A stretch of DNA of 64,000 bases from Balanoglossus misakiensis. Its lineage: Eukaryota; Animalia; Hemichordata. Positions 28,601-40,524 of the stretch are shown here, one piece after another (within the stretch, counting starts at the first letter, position 1; every line of letters begins with the position of its first letter). The stretch lies in the NCBI GenBank assembly GCA_040954595.2, contig CM082579.2, forward strand, positions 1,127,808 to 1,191,807. The letters are read 5' to 3'. The notes beneath the pieces were generated by a model. It saw only the letters and a program-made list of their open reading frames with translations, was not told where the DNA came from and did no database searches. A program made the translations under genes and the position numbers.

Positions 28601-31600
28601 TTTGGTGATTAGATTTGTTGTGTGTGTACAATAAATTTTAGCCAGACCTACATTGTAAATCCCCTTCATACCTGGACCAATCAAGTCTGCAACTCATGCG
28701 ACATATAACATGTTAACATTTTGTATTTCAAGCCAACTTATTCAACCTACAGGCTACACCTCCACAGGAGTGACATAGGCTGTCTAATGTGAATGCTGTT
28801 ATACATATCAGTTCAATGTGGGAGAGCACATCGCAATCCAGTATTTGAACCTAGGGTCATCCCTACATGTACTTTGCTTGTTCATGTTATAGTACAAAGG
28901 CTTGTAATGACTCCCAACAAGAGTGAATTTAAGGCAATAAACACAAGACTCTTGTCTTCTTTTACACAAAACCATTAATTATAGTCCCAAACCATTAAAA
29001 CCTTAACCAGAAACCAACATGACATAAAAATCTGGCAAATATCTTCATCAAGGGAGAATGTAGAGGAAAGTTGAAGGACACTGTTAACCGAAGGTCCATA
29101 ACCTTATAATTGGCTTTCCTTGTGGAATTCTGATCCCCCCCCCCCAAGAATGGATGACCCCACTTGAACTTGCCGACTTCCTACTGGAGGATGGCTACTG
29201 GAAAAGTTTCAACAAGACTTAATTGCACTTGCATAATATTGTAAGGTTGTCTACAGATTTGACTTTCAGTATGTAGAAATAATGTGTCCTTGTTTTATCA
29301 GATGTTATCAGATCGAGACATAAGTAAAAGAGGGATTTGCTGCTGATATGTTAATTACTGGTGTTAAAATACATCTAAAGGTATATATTGCAGATTTTTG
29401 TTCACTTTTACAACTGGGCATTTCAAATTCTGTTGATTTTCCATTAGAGAGTCAACACACAAACCATGGAATGTGTCGGGAGTCATGTGTATGTGAAAAA
29501 GTATATCCTTGTGTCTCTATGCAGACAGGCCATTATTTTGTCTTCAGGCTGGCTGGCTCTACTCATGTACTTGACTGTCACCTTGTCTGGCATAATGGGG
29601 CCAGTACCGGATGGGTACTCAGTTGATTGAGGAAGCTCTCTGTTACTTGTTGTGTCCAATTGAAGATTTTTGTACGGCTAGATGATCGTCTATCACCTCC
29701 ATAACTGTCCCACTGACACTAACAGATTTCTCAGACAACTACATTCATGTACAATTCATGCTTTCTATTTGTTGGGGATTCCATTTAAAGCCCCAGTATT
29801 TCTCGTGTGCATCCATTTTTCATCATCGAAAAAAGCCCGTTTTTCCAGTACATCCATCATGGAATACTATATAATGAAGATGTAAGAAAGGTTTGGGCAA
29901 TTGTAGCTACATGCAAGCCGAAAATATCGCCCGTAACACTTGAAATGATGCGCGGGTTTGTTTACAACGGAAATGTTGTACATGTCGATCAGCAAACGTG
30001 CCACTTTGACATTTTGATGGTCAGACCATTTTCGGATTTGATCTGGTTCCATCGACTGATTTCTCCCATAAAGTTATCTTCCCAAAATTTCGCCGAATTA
30101 GTGCGCATTTCTTCGCTGAGTCGCTTGATTTGGGGCGACCAAACCTCTTCCGCATAGATTCACATTTGAGTGCGCATGCGCACTAGTCACGTGTGTCAAC
30201 ATTAGCCTGACTCACGTGACTTTCTGTCCGGACAGAAAGTCATTCTTCACTCGTTATATTGTAAATTGTATGAGTTTATCAGCAGAGCTGGGGATGATGA
30301 CTGTTCGATTCAGTATCAATTATCATCTACTTTTAGAAATTATAGATGCCGTTTCAAACAAAATTTTGCCCCTACGAGAAATACTGTGGCTTTAAGTAAT
30401 GTTTATGGCTTTGTCACTGAAATAAGCAGATAGGCTCAACTTGGCTGTGCATGGCCAAATTTGTGTGCATTCAAGACACCTTGCATAGAAACGGAAATGC
30501 GTCTGAAAAGAATGTTCAGGGTTCTTTGACATAATCTTGTTATAAATCTCAATTGGGCTACTGAAACAAATGAAAGACAAGTTGCCTTTCAGAAAAAGTG
30601 GGTACACTAGCTTAATGTCTAGACAAATTCGATATTGAACAATAACAGTGATAAATGTACACATGAGTTCTGAGGATAAGCTAAACAAAGGGTATTTTAT
30701 CACATTCTTCTAATTGAAATATTGAACTGTCAGTGGTTGGAGGTGTACTGTGGTATTCTCATCTATATATCCCATATATTAATATTTCTGGGACAAATGC
30801 CAGAAATGATAGCTTTGTAGTACTTTGATATTAGCAGGGCAGAAATCAAGCTCTTATTTTCTTCGAGTTGATCTGTAGGATTCAATTATGCAGAACAAGG
30901 CAACTTCTAACACAAAACAACAATAGCTATGGATGTCCAAGAGAGTCATTTGTTGTCCCTTTAACCAGAGCATGCCAAGACACATGGTGGACAGGAACAC
31001 TCCCAAGGTTGATGTCAACAACTTCGATTCATGTGCAGCCAACTGAGGAAGAAGCTGTCAATGAAACTCAACACCAATGCTATGAGGAGTAACCGCATGT
31101 TTATTTGAGTGTCTTGAGCACTGCGCCGACTAGACTGTCGTCGGGAGACAGTCACAAACTTTGTCCATGTAAGCCATGACTCAAGCCTCATAACTCAATT
31201 CCCTTTTGACTTTTGAGCAGTGTATCTTCAAATGCAGTCAAAGTAAAACTTTCATGTACCCACGAACATTAATCCTAGATCTATTACAAAATACTCTCGG
31301 ACTTTCACCATGCAATGTGTCAACCAGAGACTCTGGTCACAAAAGACTGACCACTATAGAAAACTTTTGGAGACAGATGGATGGATAGACTAACACATAC
31401 AGCCTGACTAATGATATTGGCCCTTTAATGAGTGTGCAGCCTTATGAGTTCATTTGAATTGTATATCTGTATATATGTTACACCTGTATTCTTGGAGTTA
31501 TTACTTAGTCAATAATTCATGCGAACACCTTTCTAGTAATGAGAGAACTTACATTATGTTTGTTGATCTAAATAATATATGCAAACCACCTGGATGTTTC

Positions 31601-34600
31601 ATTTGACCAATTAACACATACTAATGTGGCACCACAATTGGTGATTTACATGTAAAAGACCCCATGCATAAATTAAGTCAGTTCACCTCTGTAGCCAGAC
31701 CGGCCACATGTATGAACTGACGATGTCTCTGTTCAATTTCAGGTTAGTTTTCCTTGTACCTTACCTGTTGCTTGAAGCTTGTATTTTGGTGCATTTTATT
31801 GACTTATTCCAGCACAAGTAATTGGTGTCTTGAACTTACTTCAGCATATGGAAGCGAAAAATTAATTACATCCAACTCTTAGTATCTGCTTGACAAACGG
31901 CTGTAATAACCAACTGAGAAGGTATCTCTATAAAAAAGGCTGACATTTAATTTTCTTCTTTACATGTTCATCGGCCTGAGGACATCGAGAACTTCATTTT
32001 ACAAGTCATCGTCAATGACCAAGTCCCCAGATGTCAATGTGGAACACGGCTACTACTTGCATGTCTGCAAAATGGTTTTGGAAACTATTCGCCTCGTGGT
32101 ACATGTATGATGTCAGTGAGTGAATAACATCAATTTAAATATGTTTGAGAAATAGGTCTGGACATAAAAAGTCATACAAAGTGGCTACTTGTACCAGGGA
32201 TAGGGCAGGGTTTTTTTAGGATAAGAAAAATTTATGTGGTCATACTGACCTCTTAGGTTGCAGCTAGGGGTCAAGGATGGGAAATCAGTTACAAGATACT
32301 CTTTGAGCACTCTTTTCTGATAACATTTTGCCAGAAAGCCATTTCAGGTTATTCTATACAAAAGATAAGTCAACCACAAGGGTACTTTTATCATGATTTA
32401 ATGAGAAAATGCTCACCCAGTTCAAAATTTCTAATATTTGATCAACATAACCGGATATGGCATACTTGCCTTTTGTTTGGAATCAACCAATCAAAAGACA
32501 AGAACCAGACACACCCCTAATTGGGGGTGGGGGGGGGGGGTTCCAGTTCTAAGACTGCTTGTTTAGTTGTGTGCTCAAAGAAAAACCTGTTTCTCTGTAC
32601 TGTAATGGTCTTCTGGGTATTGTTGAGTATTTTTCAAAATATTTAACAACTACAAAAAGAACTGCACACAAGCTATTCATGACATATGGCACCTCAACAG
32701 TTTCCAAACAGCAAATGAGTTGATCAACCATGGATGACTTTATACTTTGTTTTCATTCTACCACCACACTGCTGGAGAGCTACTGCACTGTGTGGGTTAA
32801 TAGTAGCATGTTCACTGTGCTATGAAATGAAGGTTGCAGGGTTTACTTAGAGCACTGCAGACCACACACATGATCTGGGGGCCTATATAACTTTTCAGAA
32901 ATCAAAAAGGTGGAACCTATAAGTATTAAATCAGGTGTTTGCAACAACCCACCTCACCTGGAGTAGAGTAATATACTATAATAGAATGAACATGGTAATA
33001 AGACAGGAATCTTTTCGTAAAAATGGTAAAAACTGTAAAATGTCGGTTTAATGCGCCCTCTTCAGTTCAAGTGTATACGGACAAGCATTGTCCAGTAAGC
33101 AAGATGGCACAAGGATCTGATAACGTTGCTTAGCTCATTGGTATGGCAACAACACTGTCACAAATCTGAGCCATTCCAGCACATGGTGAATGCTTCAGAC
33201 GCAACTTTCTATGCCGGTCTCAAACCTAGAATGTTTCAGAACTACCTTAATGGGCTGTGTCTGAACACTCTTGGGGTTCACCCATGACCAATGTAACTTT
33301 GCTTAAGGTGGATTTGGAAACAAACGCATACCTTCTGAAAGCATGTCCACATACTTCTCGCCTTGTGATCACATGCAATCCACTTTCATTTATGAGCATT
33401 TCTTTTATTCAACCAGATACTGTTCATCTCACCGGACTCCCCCTAACTAACAGAGTTGATTAGAGAGAGCATCCACCATTAAACAAGCTGAGTTTATCAA
33501 GACCCATAACGATAGTTTAATTAATTAATTAAATGCTCCATTAATTAATGACTTTATACACAGCTTCCTTACTGAGAAGCAGAGAACATCAAACAAATGA
33601 CCCCCACTGTATTCCCCTCATAAAATTACCAGACTATCTCCTGTGAAGTAATCTCTCAGTCTAGTTGCATCCCCTACGGCAAATGTGCAACCTGTTAGTT
33701 TTCTCTTAACTCCACTCATGAAGTGACCTTTGTTTTGCTTTCTTTGGTGATGAGAAATGTACCCTCTTAAAGATATTGAAAGGATGACACGCCACCTTTA
33801 CAAGTTTGTCTTTGAAGTCATAATTATGTTTGCCTAGTGTTTTCCCAACAACAATCTCTCCTACAGACTGCAACAGGATACCGTTTACATTTAAAGGTTT
33901 CTTCTATAGACGTGCACATGCATGACATTGCCAGTGGAACCTTTCTTTCAAGACTCCGAAACTCAATATCTGTGAAAAACCAACACTAAAAGACATAAAC
34001 ATGCAAAGATACACAAAACAACAAAACCACTTTAGGAACATTTCCTCAGGATAATGTTTACAGTTGCCACAAGAGTAGGTTGTAGTATTTAATATGTCAC
34101 TCCGAAAATCCCAACCATGTACATTTATTTCACTAGTTAGAAGACCCCTTTCTGAAGAACAATGCAAGCTGAGTTTTGTTTGACCAGCAACAAATCCTTG
34201 ACACCAATGCTATGGTCAAGTATCAATGTTGAACCTGGCCTTTTGAATCAGAGATCTCTCTCAGCCACCCATGCATGTTGCCTGCACCAGTTAGTACAGT
34301 GAATCCAATGCCACTTTTCTCATCAAAGGCAATGTAAGAATCACCATAAACTATGCATTTTCAGAAAGCAAAGTCTCTTAACTTTAGTTCATAAAATATC
34401 GGTTCTGTGCACAGACTCTTGTGACACACTGAGATGAGTTGACCACTGCTGAAAGTTTAAAATAAGTATTTTTTATCTTGAACAAAAAAGAAATACACGT
34501 AGTAACCTTTCTGGAGAATTTCGACAGCCAAGATTATTTCCCTTAATAAGAGTTTATATGAGACAAACCAACTTGCGTGTGTAAAAAGTGAAATTTGGCA

Positions 34601-37600
34601 ACAATCGCCATTAATTTAAAGTGCATCAACCCTTATTGAAGAAGCCTGAAGGTGCTTGTATATGCTTGCATGTGTCACCAGTGACCACCATACAAAAGTC
34701 CTCGTAAACATCCCATTTTCTTTAGCCATCTCTGGCCTTGCATTCTTCACAGTTTTACCTGTCCTTATTTGTTTTGTCTGTTGCTTGGGTGAGATGTTGG
34801 TCAATAACCAGGTTTAACCCTTTCACCACCATGGTTTGGTCCAAATCCATTGTGTTCTATGGTAAGTTGGACCTCTTTAAAAGGAAATGGGGTTGACACT
34901 GAATGTTTAAATTGGTGCAATGTGTGTTCACAGTTCTGTCACAATGCAAAGGAGATATCAACAGAAGATGGGTCAGTGCTGAAGGTTTTGGTAATGTACC
35001 TTTATTAGTGTGAGTTAAGATTCATGAAATCTTTTCTGCCTCTGCAAAAACTCTGTCAGTTCTACCAGGTCTGAACATGACAAATGAGAGTGCTACTGTT
35101 GACAGCAACAGACAATCCCATGAAAAAGCCTAGAACCCACTCTACTGATGTCTCGCTTGAGTAAAGGGAAGGTTATTCCACGGTGGTTGACACACTCAAA
35201 AAGTCAAACAAAGTTCTTTTGACTTTCCAGTTTTGACTTTCTAAGATTTTTCTAGTGATTTTCCAAGGGTTTATGAGATCAACAATACTATTTTCAATGA
35301 ATAATTGTGTAGTTGTTCACATATGCAAGTGGCTAAATCAATTTACCAAGACTTTCCAGGGGTAATTTTCATTTTTTTTCAAAGACCTTATAGACTTAGA
35401 AGACTTTTAAATACAATGATTTTCCAGAATTTTCCAGGAGTACACAGCATAATCATACTGTGTTCTCCCCAGAAATATCTGATCCCACATCATCTACTTT
35501 GAATAATAATAAATAGTCGTTGACTTGTTATAATACTTTTTATTGTTTTCCAAAATTACATGTAAGAGTATTGGCTGAAACACTTTTATTGTTCTGGGTT
35601 GAATACTTATATCATGTACATCATATCAACACCAGATTAGACAGGAAAAATATTGTTTGTTGACTGTTCTCAGGTAATGACCCTATAAACCTCACAAAGC
35701 TATAGAACTGTTCAGGATGACATCTGTGAACAAATACCTGGAAGATTTCTCATGCCAAATCAAGCATTGAACACAACAAACTTAACTTAACCTGCATCAT
35801 TTTTTTTTTGCTCATTATCCCCAAGGAGCTTGAGGTATACGTCCCACCAAATGTGAAAGTTAAACCCATTGAAGTTGAGCCACCAATGATATCTTTTGAG
35901 TAAATGCATACAGTGAATGTAGCTGGCACTAAAGTTGGTCCACTCTGTCATACGGTCTGCCCATGGAGGTCTGTGTTACCTCCATGGTCTGCCAAACAAT
36001 ATAAACACCTGGCTGTGAGTTTTATGCATACCTTTCTGGAGGCAAAGTGACAAGACATATTTCTTTACTGACAAAGGCAGGTATTTCTCAATGCAAGTCG
36101 CTGCCTTTAAAGTTTCTAGAGAGTTAATGAGCTGAACAGGTGCCAGGGTTAAAGGTCATGACCTGAATGAAGGTCAGGGTACTGATGAGAGTATGGTGTA
36201 CATTGCCCACCAAAGCAGTCTTACTCTGCCTGTTTATGGAATCTGTCATCTTGTATATACAATAACATACAATACTTACCTTACCAGCACTGAGCAGTGA
36301 AGCCTCCCCCCCCCCCCCTCACCAAATTTATTTTTGAGGAAATTATGTTTTTCATTAATTCTACACCTATTTCTCAACTTATTAAACCTTTTCTAACATT
36401 AATCTGGAAGTTCTCTATGCATACTTCAACCCATGAAGAGTGATTTTAAAGATTTTAAAGGTATGTGCAGGAGTGCCAGTTTCCTATCCTGTATCTTGTA
36501 TGTCAACACAGGATAATGTACCTCATAGTCATACACACATGACCAAACTGAAACTGAAACATTCTTGAAATGTTAAGGATGTACGCGCACTTTGAGCGTG
36601 TGGAATGTGTCTCTTCCCATTGGATTTTATTGAGAATTGAATTCAGTGGTGGTTGAATGAAATCATAAAGTCATCATGCATAGTTTGGAGATGAACCTTG
36701 TTGAGTGTTTGTGCCCATAAACAAACCATTGGTGAAAAAAAGGCTGACTCGGCAGTTTTTTTCCCCACTATCAACTTAATTTACAGCCTTGTACTTAAAA
36801 AACAAGCATATAAACCCCATAGTACAGATTTTCATTATACTTACAAAAAAGAATGAAAATTTCTTTATTAATACAAGAAATAACAAATCAATTTTACACA
36901 ACGTACATCATTAAATAAGAACATGGTTTATCCCGAATAACCAAACCCAAAACTAGCTAAGCACATACATAAAAATCAGCCAGACTGAACTTCTCATAAA
37001 TACACTGTTTAATACCATTTTAGACACCATCATGCATATACTGTAAAACGGGAAATTTTCGCGACAGGAAATTTTTCACGTTCTCATCGTTATCTCCGAA
37101 AAACAGTCTTACGTGACTTAATTTTCGCGTTCTGTTGGCTGTCTCACAGTTCGCGAAAATTTATCGTTTGCGAAAATTTCCCATTTTACAGTATATTTCT
37201 GTTGACGTCATACTCATACAGTTGATAATGATTTTCCAATACACTTTCCAAACACATTTTATTCCCAATTGGTTTCCGTTTCTGCTCCCTTAGCTGCAAT
37301 AATTGTGTACCTTTTTTTTGCGGGGGTGGGGGGGGGGGGGTGAGCTGATTACGCCCCCCTTGCCCAAACGGTACAGCTGCGTACCACAGCTACAATAATT
37401 GTAGCCTGTGTGGTGGCTTCTTTGTCATTGGCCGTTACAGTTGTGTCGCCCCCCCAGGGACTGCAACATATACCTTGTATTTTCCTCCATTGTTTTTCTA
37501 ATATGTGTATGCTAATTTGTATGAAGACTTGGCATTGTGTTATGTAAACAAACAACACACGTGACACATGTAAGTTTCGGACAGCGGATCGGACATTTCG

Positions 37601-38170
37601 ATTGACCTCAGTATAAAGCGTTAAATATAAAATGGAACTTGTGAATCCAAAACGCACTTTTGCCTGTTGTGTGGAGAGCGTAACACTGTTCGAAAACTAT
37701 GACAGGTGTACCGGTATATAAAGAGCGTGCAATCGTTCGTAGCAAAAATTTAACATATGACCATGAACAGATGACACAGTTTGTTTCTGGTGCCTGCTGA
37801 ACACCTGAATAAGGCGACTGAAATCATTTTAATGCGCGCGAGACTATTACGTCGAGTTATCATTTCATAACGAGAATACATATCGCTCCGTGGGCCCAGA
37901 AGCCCTTTGTTTATATATAATTATATAAAGTTGTATGGCATTTCACAAGCCACCTACCTTCTCCTTGGCTATGACTGCGGGTAGAAATGGTGGGTTTCGA
38001 GCAACATCACGGCAGACATAGAGTACCAACGTTCCTGCAGTTACACATACACTGCCTACACCTAAAGCTGTAAGTTTCAAAGCTCTCCGTTTCACAAATC
38101 CTGACGACAGTTTCCTAAATTGTCCTGACGACCGAATGATATTAAAGATAGTTCTCCCAGGTGCCGCCAT
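1699..38170 (-). CDS. MICU3: Calcium uptake protein, mitochondrial (MICU2/MICU3 family, EF-hand), about 415 aa, multi-exon
   Basis: Exons (minus): 38170-37958, 14529-14388, 12957-12847, 7162-7115, 6873-6791, 6596-6552, 3779-3691, 3486-3447, 3256-3119, 2493-2385, 2287-2198, 2051-1984, 1770-1699 (TAA). They total 1248 nt with consistent phases; all introns are GT-AG except one AT-AC. The translation has an Arg-rich mitochondrial-presequence-like N-terminus plus a hydrophobic segment. It also has the motifs FASCEYDNQIYMTPQDFLESV, GIISYTEYLFLLCILTKP, EF-hand FNMFDRDGNQKVDRKEF, FMDNLQAEVLELEF, EF-hand FQIFDKDGDGKLSYKEFIGVMKDRVHRG and C-terminal WKACVKHEM. The gene may be a single MICU2/3 pro-ortholog. 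Confidence 0.93.
3257..3446 (-). other. U12-type (minor spliceosome) AT-AC intron in the MICU gene
   Basis: The 5' splice site is ATATCCTTTT directly after ...GAA CTG GAA. A branch-site-like TTCTTTGAC lies at 3275-3267 and the intron ends ...AAGCAC|TTC TTG CAG. Splicing restores the conserved EVLELE|FLQYSKG. Confidence 0.9.
5302..5313 (-). CDS. Candidate 12-nt in-frame micro-exon of MICU (FRRQ)
   Basis: ctctctttcctaaaatttcag|TTC CGG AGA CAG|gtatct. It is phase 0/0 and lies in the phase-0 intron after EF-hand 1. Confidence 0.45.
10047..10127. repeat. Short 28-bp tandem repeat (about 3 copies)
   Basis: gtaaatgtacaacttcag recurs at 10053, 10081 and 10109. Confidence 0.85.
16600..16920. repeat. 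Degenerate minisatellite-like repeat in MICU intron 1
   Basis: Recurring gacttcactggtca / tgactttccatgcca / acagtgtgtaga-like motifs. Confidence 0.5.
18320..18465. repeat. Low-complexity (GGAT/GATA)n and (CA)n microsatellite patch
   Basis: Visible cacacacacacacacacaca at about 18380-18398, with ggat/agat runs either side. Confidence 0.75.
20191..20257. repeat. 67-nt near-perfect inverted repeat (hairpin)
   Basis: Arms 20191-20223 and 20225-20257 are reverse complements at 31 of 33 positions. Confidence 0.85.
28009..28090. mobile_element. Probable fragment of a Tc1/pogo-like MITE
   Basis: A TA-CAGTAAAACCTGCCTAAACCG end with internal inverted copies (ttcggtttgtagaggt, tccggtttacagaggtt). The second terminus is not intact. 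Confidence 0.45.
30169..30242. promoter_or_regulatory. Intronic CpG-rich motif cluster: NRF1 palindrome, two CACGTG E-boxes, 26-bp perfect palindrome
   Basis: AGTGCGCATGCGCACT (30169-30184), GTCACGTG (about 30186-30193), TCACGTGAC (30212-30220), TGACTTTCTGTCCGGACAGAAAGTCA (30217-30242). Confidence 0.5.
37041..37191. mobile_element. Non-autonomous DNA transposon (MITE), 151 bp, TA flanks
   Basis: TIRs CTGTAAAACGGGAAATTTTCGC / GCGAAAATTTCCCATTTTACAG (1 mismatch in 22), flanked by TA on both sides. A related one-ended remnant lies at about 3590-3672. Confidence 0.8.
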
Positions 38171-38202
38171 CTTGTTTCGTTCGGACTTGCCTGCGCATGC
38201 CC
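38163..38202 (-). promoter_or_regulatory. MICU start/promoter motifs: YY1-like AAGATGGCGGC over the ATG and an NRF1-like GCGCATGC
   Basis: Plus strand gccgccatctt at 38163-38173 and tgcgcatgcc at 38192-38201. These motifs are typical of housekeeping and nuclear-encoded mitochondrial gene promoters. Confidence 0.5.
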
Positions 38203-38493
38203 ACGCATCTCTACGCCCTGTCCGTGTTGACCCTATTGTGTGCTTTGTTTGTCAAATAAACCTGTTACCTACTTGCTGTGATCAAGTCCTGCCCTGTTCG
38301 AGTGGGATGTACGCGATAATAAACTGAATAATTTAGGTAGCAATCCCTGAAAGCTGTGTAAATAACAGTTATTCTTAGAACGAGACATTTTGTCATTCTG
38401 AAATCAACATTTTATTAATAGTTATGTTGCTTTCATGCACACGAAGAAATCAGTGTCTTGAACGAACCATGAAGTTACTACTTTCATCTGAGT

Positions 38494-38580
38494 AAAAAAA
38501 ACCTAGGGGCTTCTCCGGGTCTCGAACCCACACACCTCCGTTTAGATCGAAGGTACCCCTTCCCACTAAGCCACGACGCC
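38494..38580 (-). mobile_element. tRNA-derived element (SINE head or tRNA pseudogene)
   Basis: Minus strand GGCGTCG-TGGCTTAGTGG (A box) ... GGTTCGAGACC (B box) ... AGAAGCC, followed by a T8 run. The acceptor stem pairs at only 5 of 7 positions and the anticodon arm does not pair, so it is not a canonical tRNA. Confidence 0.6.
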
Positions 38581-40524
38581 TGCTGTGAAAGCCAAAGGCG
38601 AGAATGTCTCATTCGCACCATTACGTTGGCCCTGTGTGACGTTGAACAATGGGCTAGTATAAATAACAATAGAGAGAGGGGTTCCCCGGGTTAAATATCG
38701 GTGACATGGTACTAGCAGACTTCGTCATATTTTTCTCACCTAGCACCCGCTTAAATGAGATGGCGGGGGAGTTTCCTGTCTTCCCCCAACCATGCTATTT
38801 GTATTTAAAGCCGAGAGTTTCACCAGTCAGGTGCACATTCCAAGACTAAGCCAGGACCAGAGAGAGAGCGACGCTCACACCAAAATCCGGTGCGCTACTT
38901 CATCGATCGATTTGGTTAGTTTTCATCTTTTTGATTACCTTTCTAATATTTTGTGTTACTTTAAACATGTTCCTTTCTTGTGTTATCCCACTTTATATTC
39001 TCTTTCGCACATACATTATCCAACTGACACCAAAGTGTCACTAATAAGTGTAATTGTTATTACTGGTTTGTTAATTTGCGATGACTTTTACAGATGTCGG
39101 GTAATTATTGAACGCACTCTTATTTTCTATATTTATGTTGAGGTGTCTCCGTGAAATATCGTGAAGATAAAGTATTATAAAAAAAAACTACATATGCTAA
39201 CAGTTCGCATACCTTTGGCTGTTCTACATACAGCTTCAGCCGACATTCTTTTTTTATTTCCGCAAAATTGCATGCCATGAACGGAACTTGTCTCTAAGGA
39301 ATTTGTCGGAGCTGCAAAAAGTCGTCAGATTATGGTCGGATCGTTAGCGGAATGCTTTGCGTCGGCTTCGGCGGCGCGACTAAAGTTGCATCGGTATATT
39401 GTAGGGGTTTGCTTTGATCAAACAGGCTTTTGTTTTCAGTCCGAGATCTGAACGACCCAACATTGACATTCCCACCATAGGCCGTAGAGTAATCTGTCGT
39501 CAGGTCTGTCCGCGAAGTCTCGACGCGCTTGTTACAGCATTGACATTAGTGAGACCAACAAAGTCGTACTGGTAATGGCGATTAGACGAAGAAAATACTT
39601 GAAACTAAGGGTATAATTGGCTGAACATTGCTTATTACTTGCGTGACGTGTAATTGATTCGTGCTTTTCTTTCACACTTGTGTTCTCCTTCGCGTTTCCC
39701 ATTTTCAATCTGGTGTGAACACATCTCAACTGCCAACCGAGAGTTTCTTACTGACTATGTAGTGCCTATTGTTGTTTCTATTGTCATAGATATATCAGTG
39801 AGTTGGACGATTAGGTGATAAGAAGCTAGTTTGATAATGATGACATCGCCAAATTCAAACATATTAATCAACTGATCTAGGCGACGACCAAGTCACACGC
39901 GAACACGCACAATACATTCCTTGGGAAAACTTTAATCAGTCGAGACTGTCTGCATGAACCAACAGCACATATATTTTTCTGGGGTAGCAACCCAAGTCTA
40001 GGGTAGTGTCAATCTGTGATGACACGCTGAAGGCTACGCGGTCACACTTCATTATTCAGAATGAGGGCATCTCATTTTCACACGATCCACTAGCTGCGCA
40101 CTCCCCATTCGCGATCGCCTCGGCTGACCACTCGCCACGGACCTGTCCTGTCACGCGTCGACTTCATTGTTAAAAAGTGGGCTATTCGAATTGGGCGCGC
40201 AGTTGAAAGGGGGTCCTGTTAGTGAACTGCTAACACCGTATAGCCCCCGCTGCATTTTGTGAGTCTTACCCGTGGGCTACATCTGCGATAGAATTGTCTA
40301 CATACTTCAGTATTACTGCACCACTTATTTACATACATGTCTAGGCTTGGAGCATGTACAACAACAGTGTATGCGCACTTTTAACAGGATACTCGGAGCT
40401 GCTGGGACTACGATATTGTGATGCCAGGCGCACACTCATGGGATTTTTAAAACCCCGGGGAGATACATAACCTGGAAACTCGCGTGATTTATTTCTTCAT
40501 ACTCCTATGTACTACATTTACTAA

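Noticed and set aside
29807-30157. 116-aa ORF in the CpG patch
   Set aside because: There is no recognisable domain, and it is better treated as regulatory or repeat-derived sequence.
38507-38580. Functional tRNA gene
   Set aside because: The anticodon arm does not pair, and the acceptor and T stems are mismatched.
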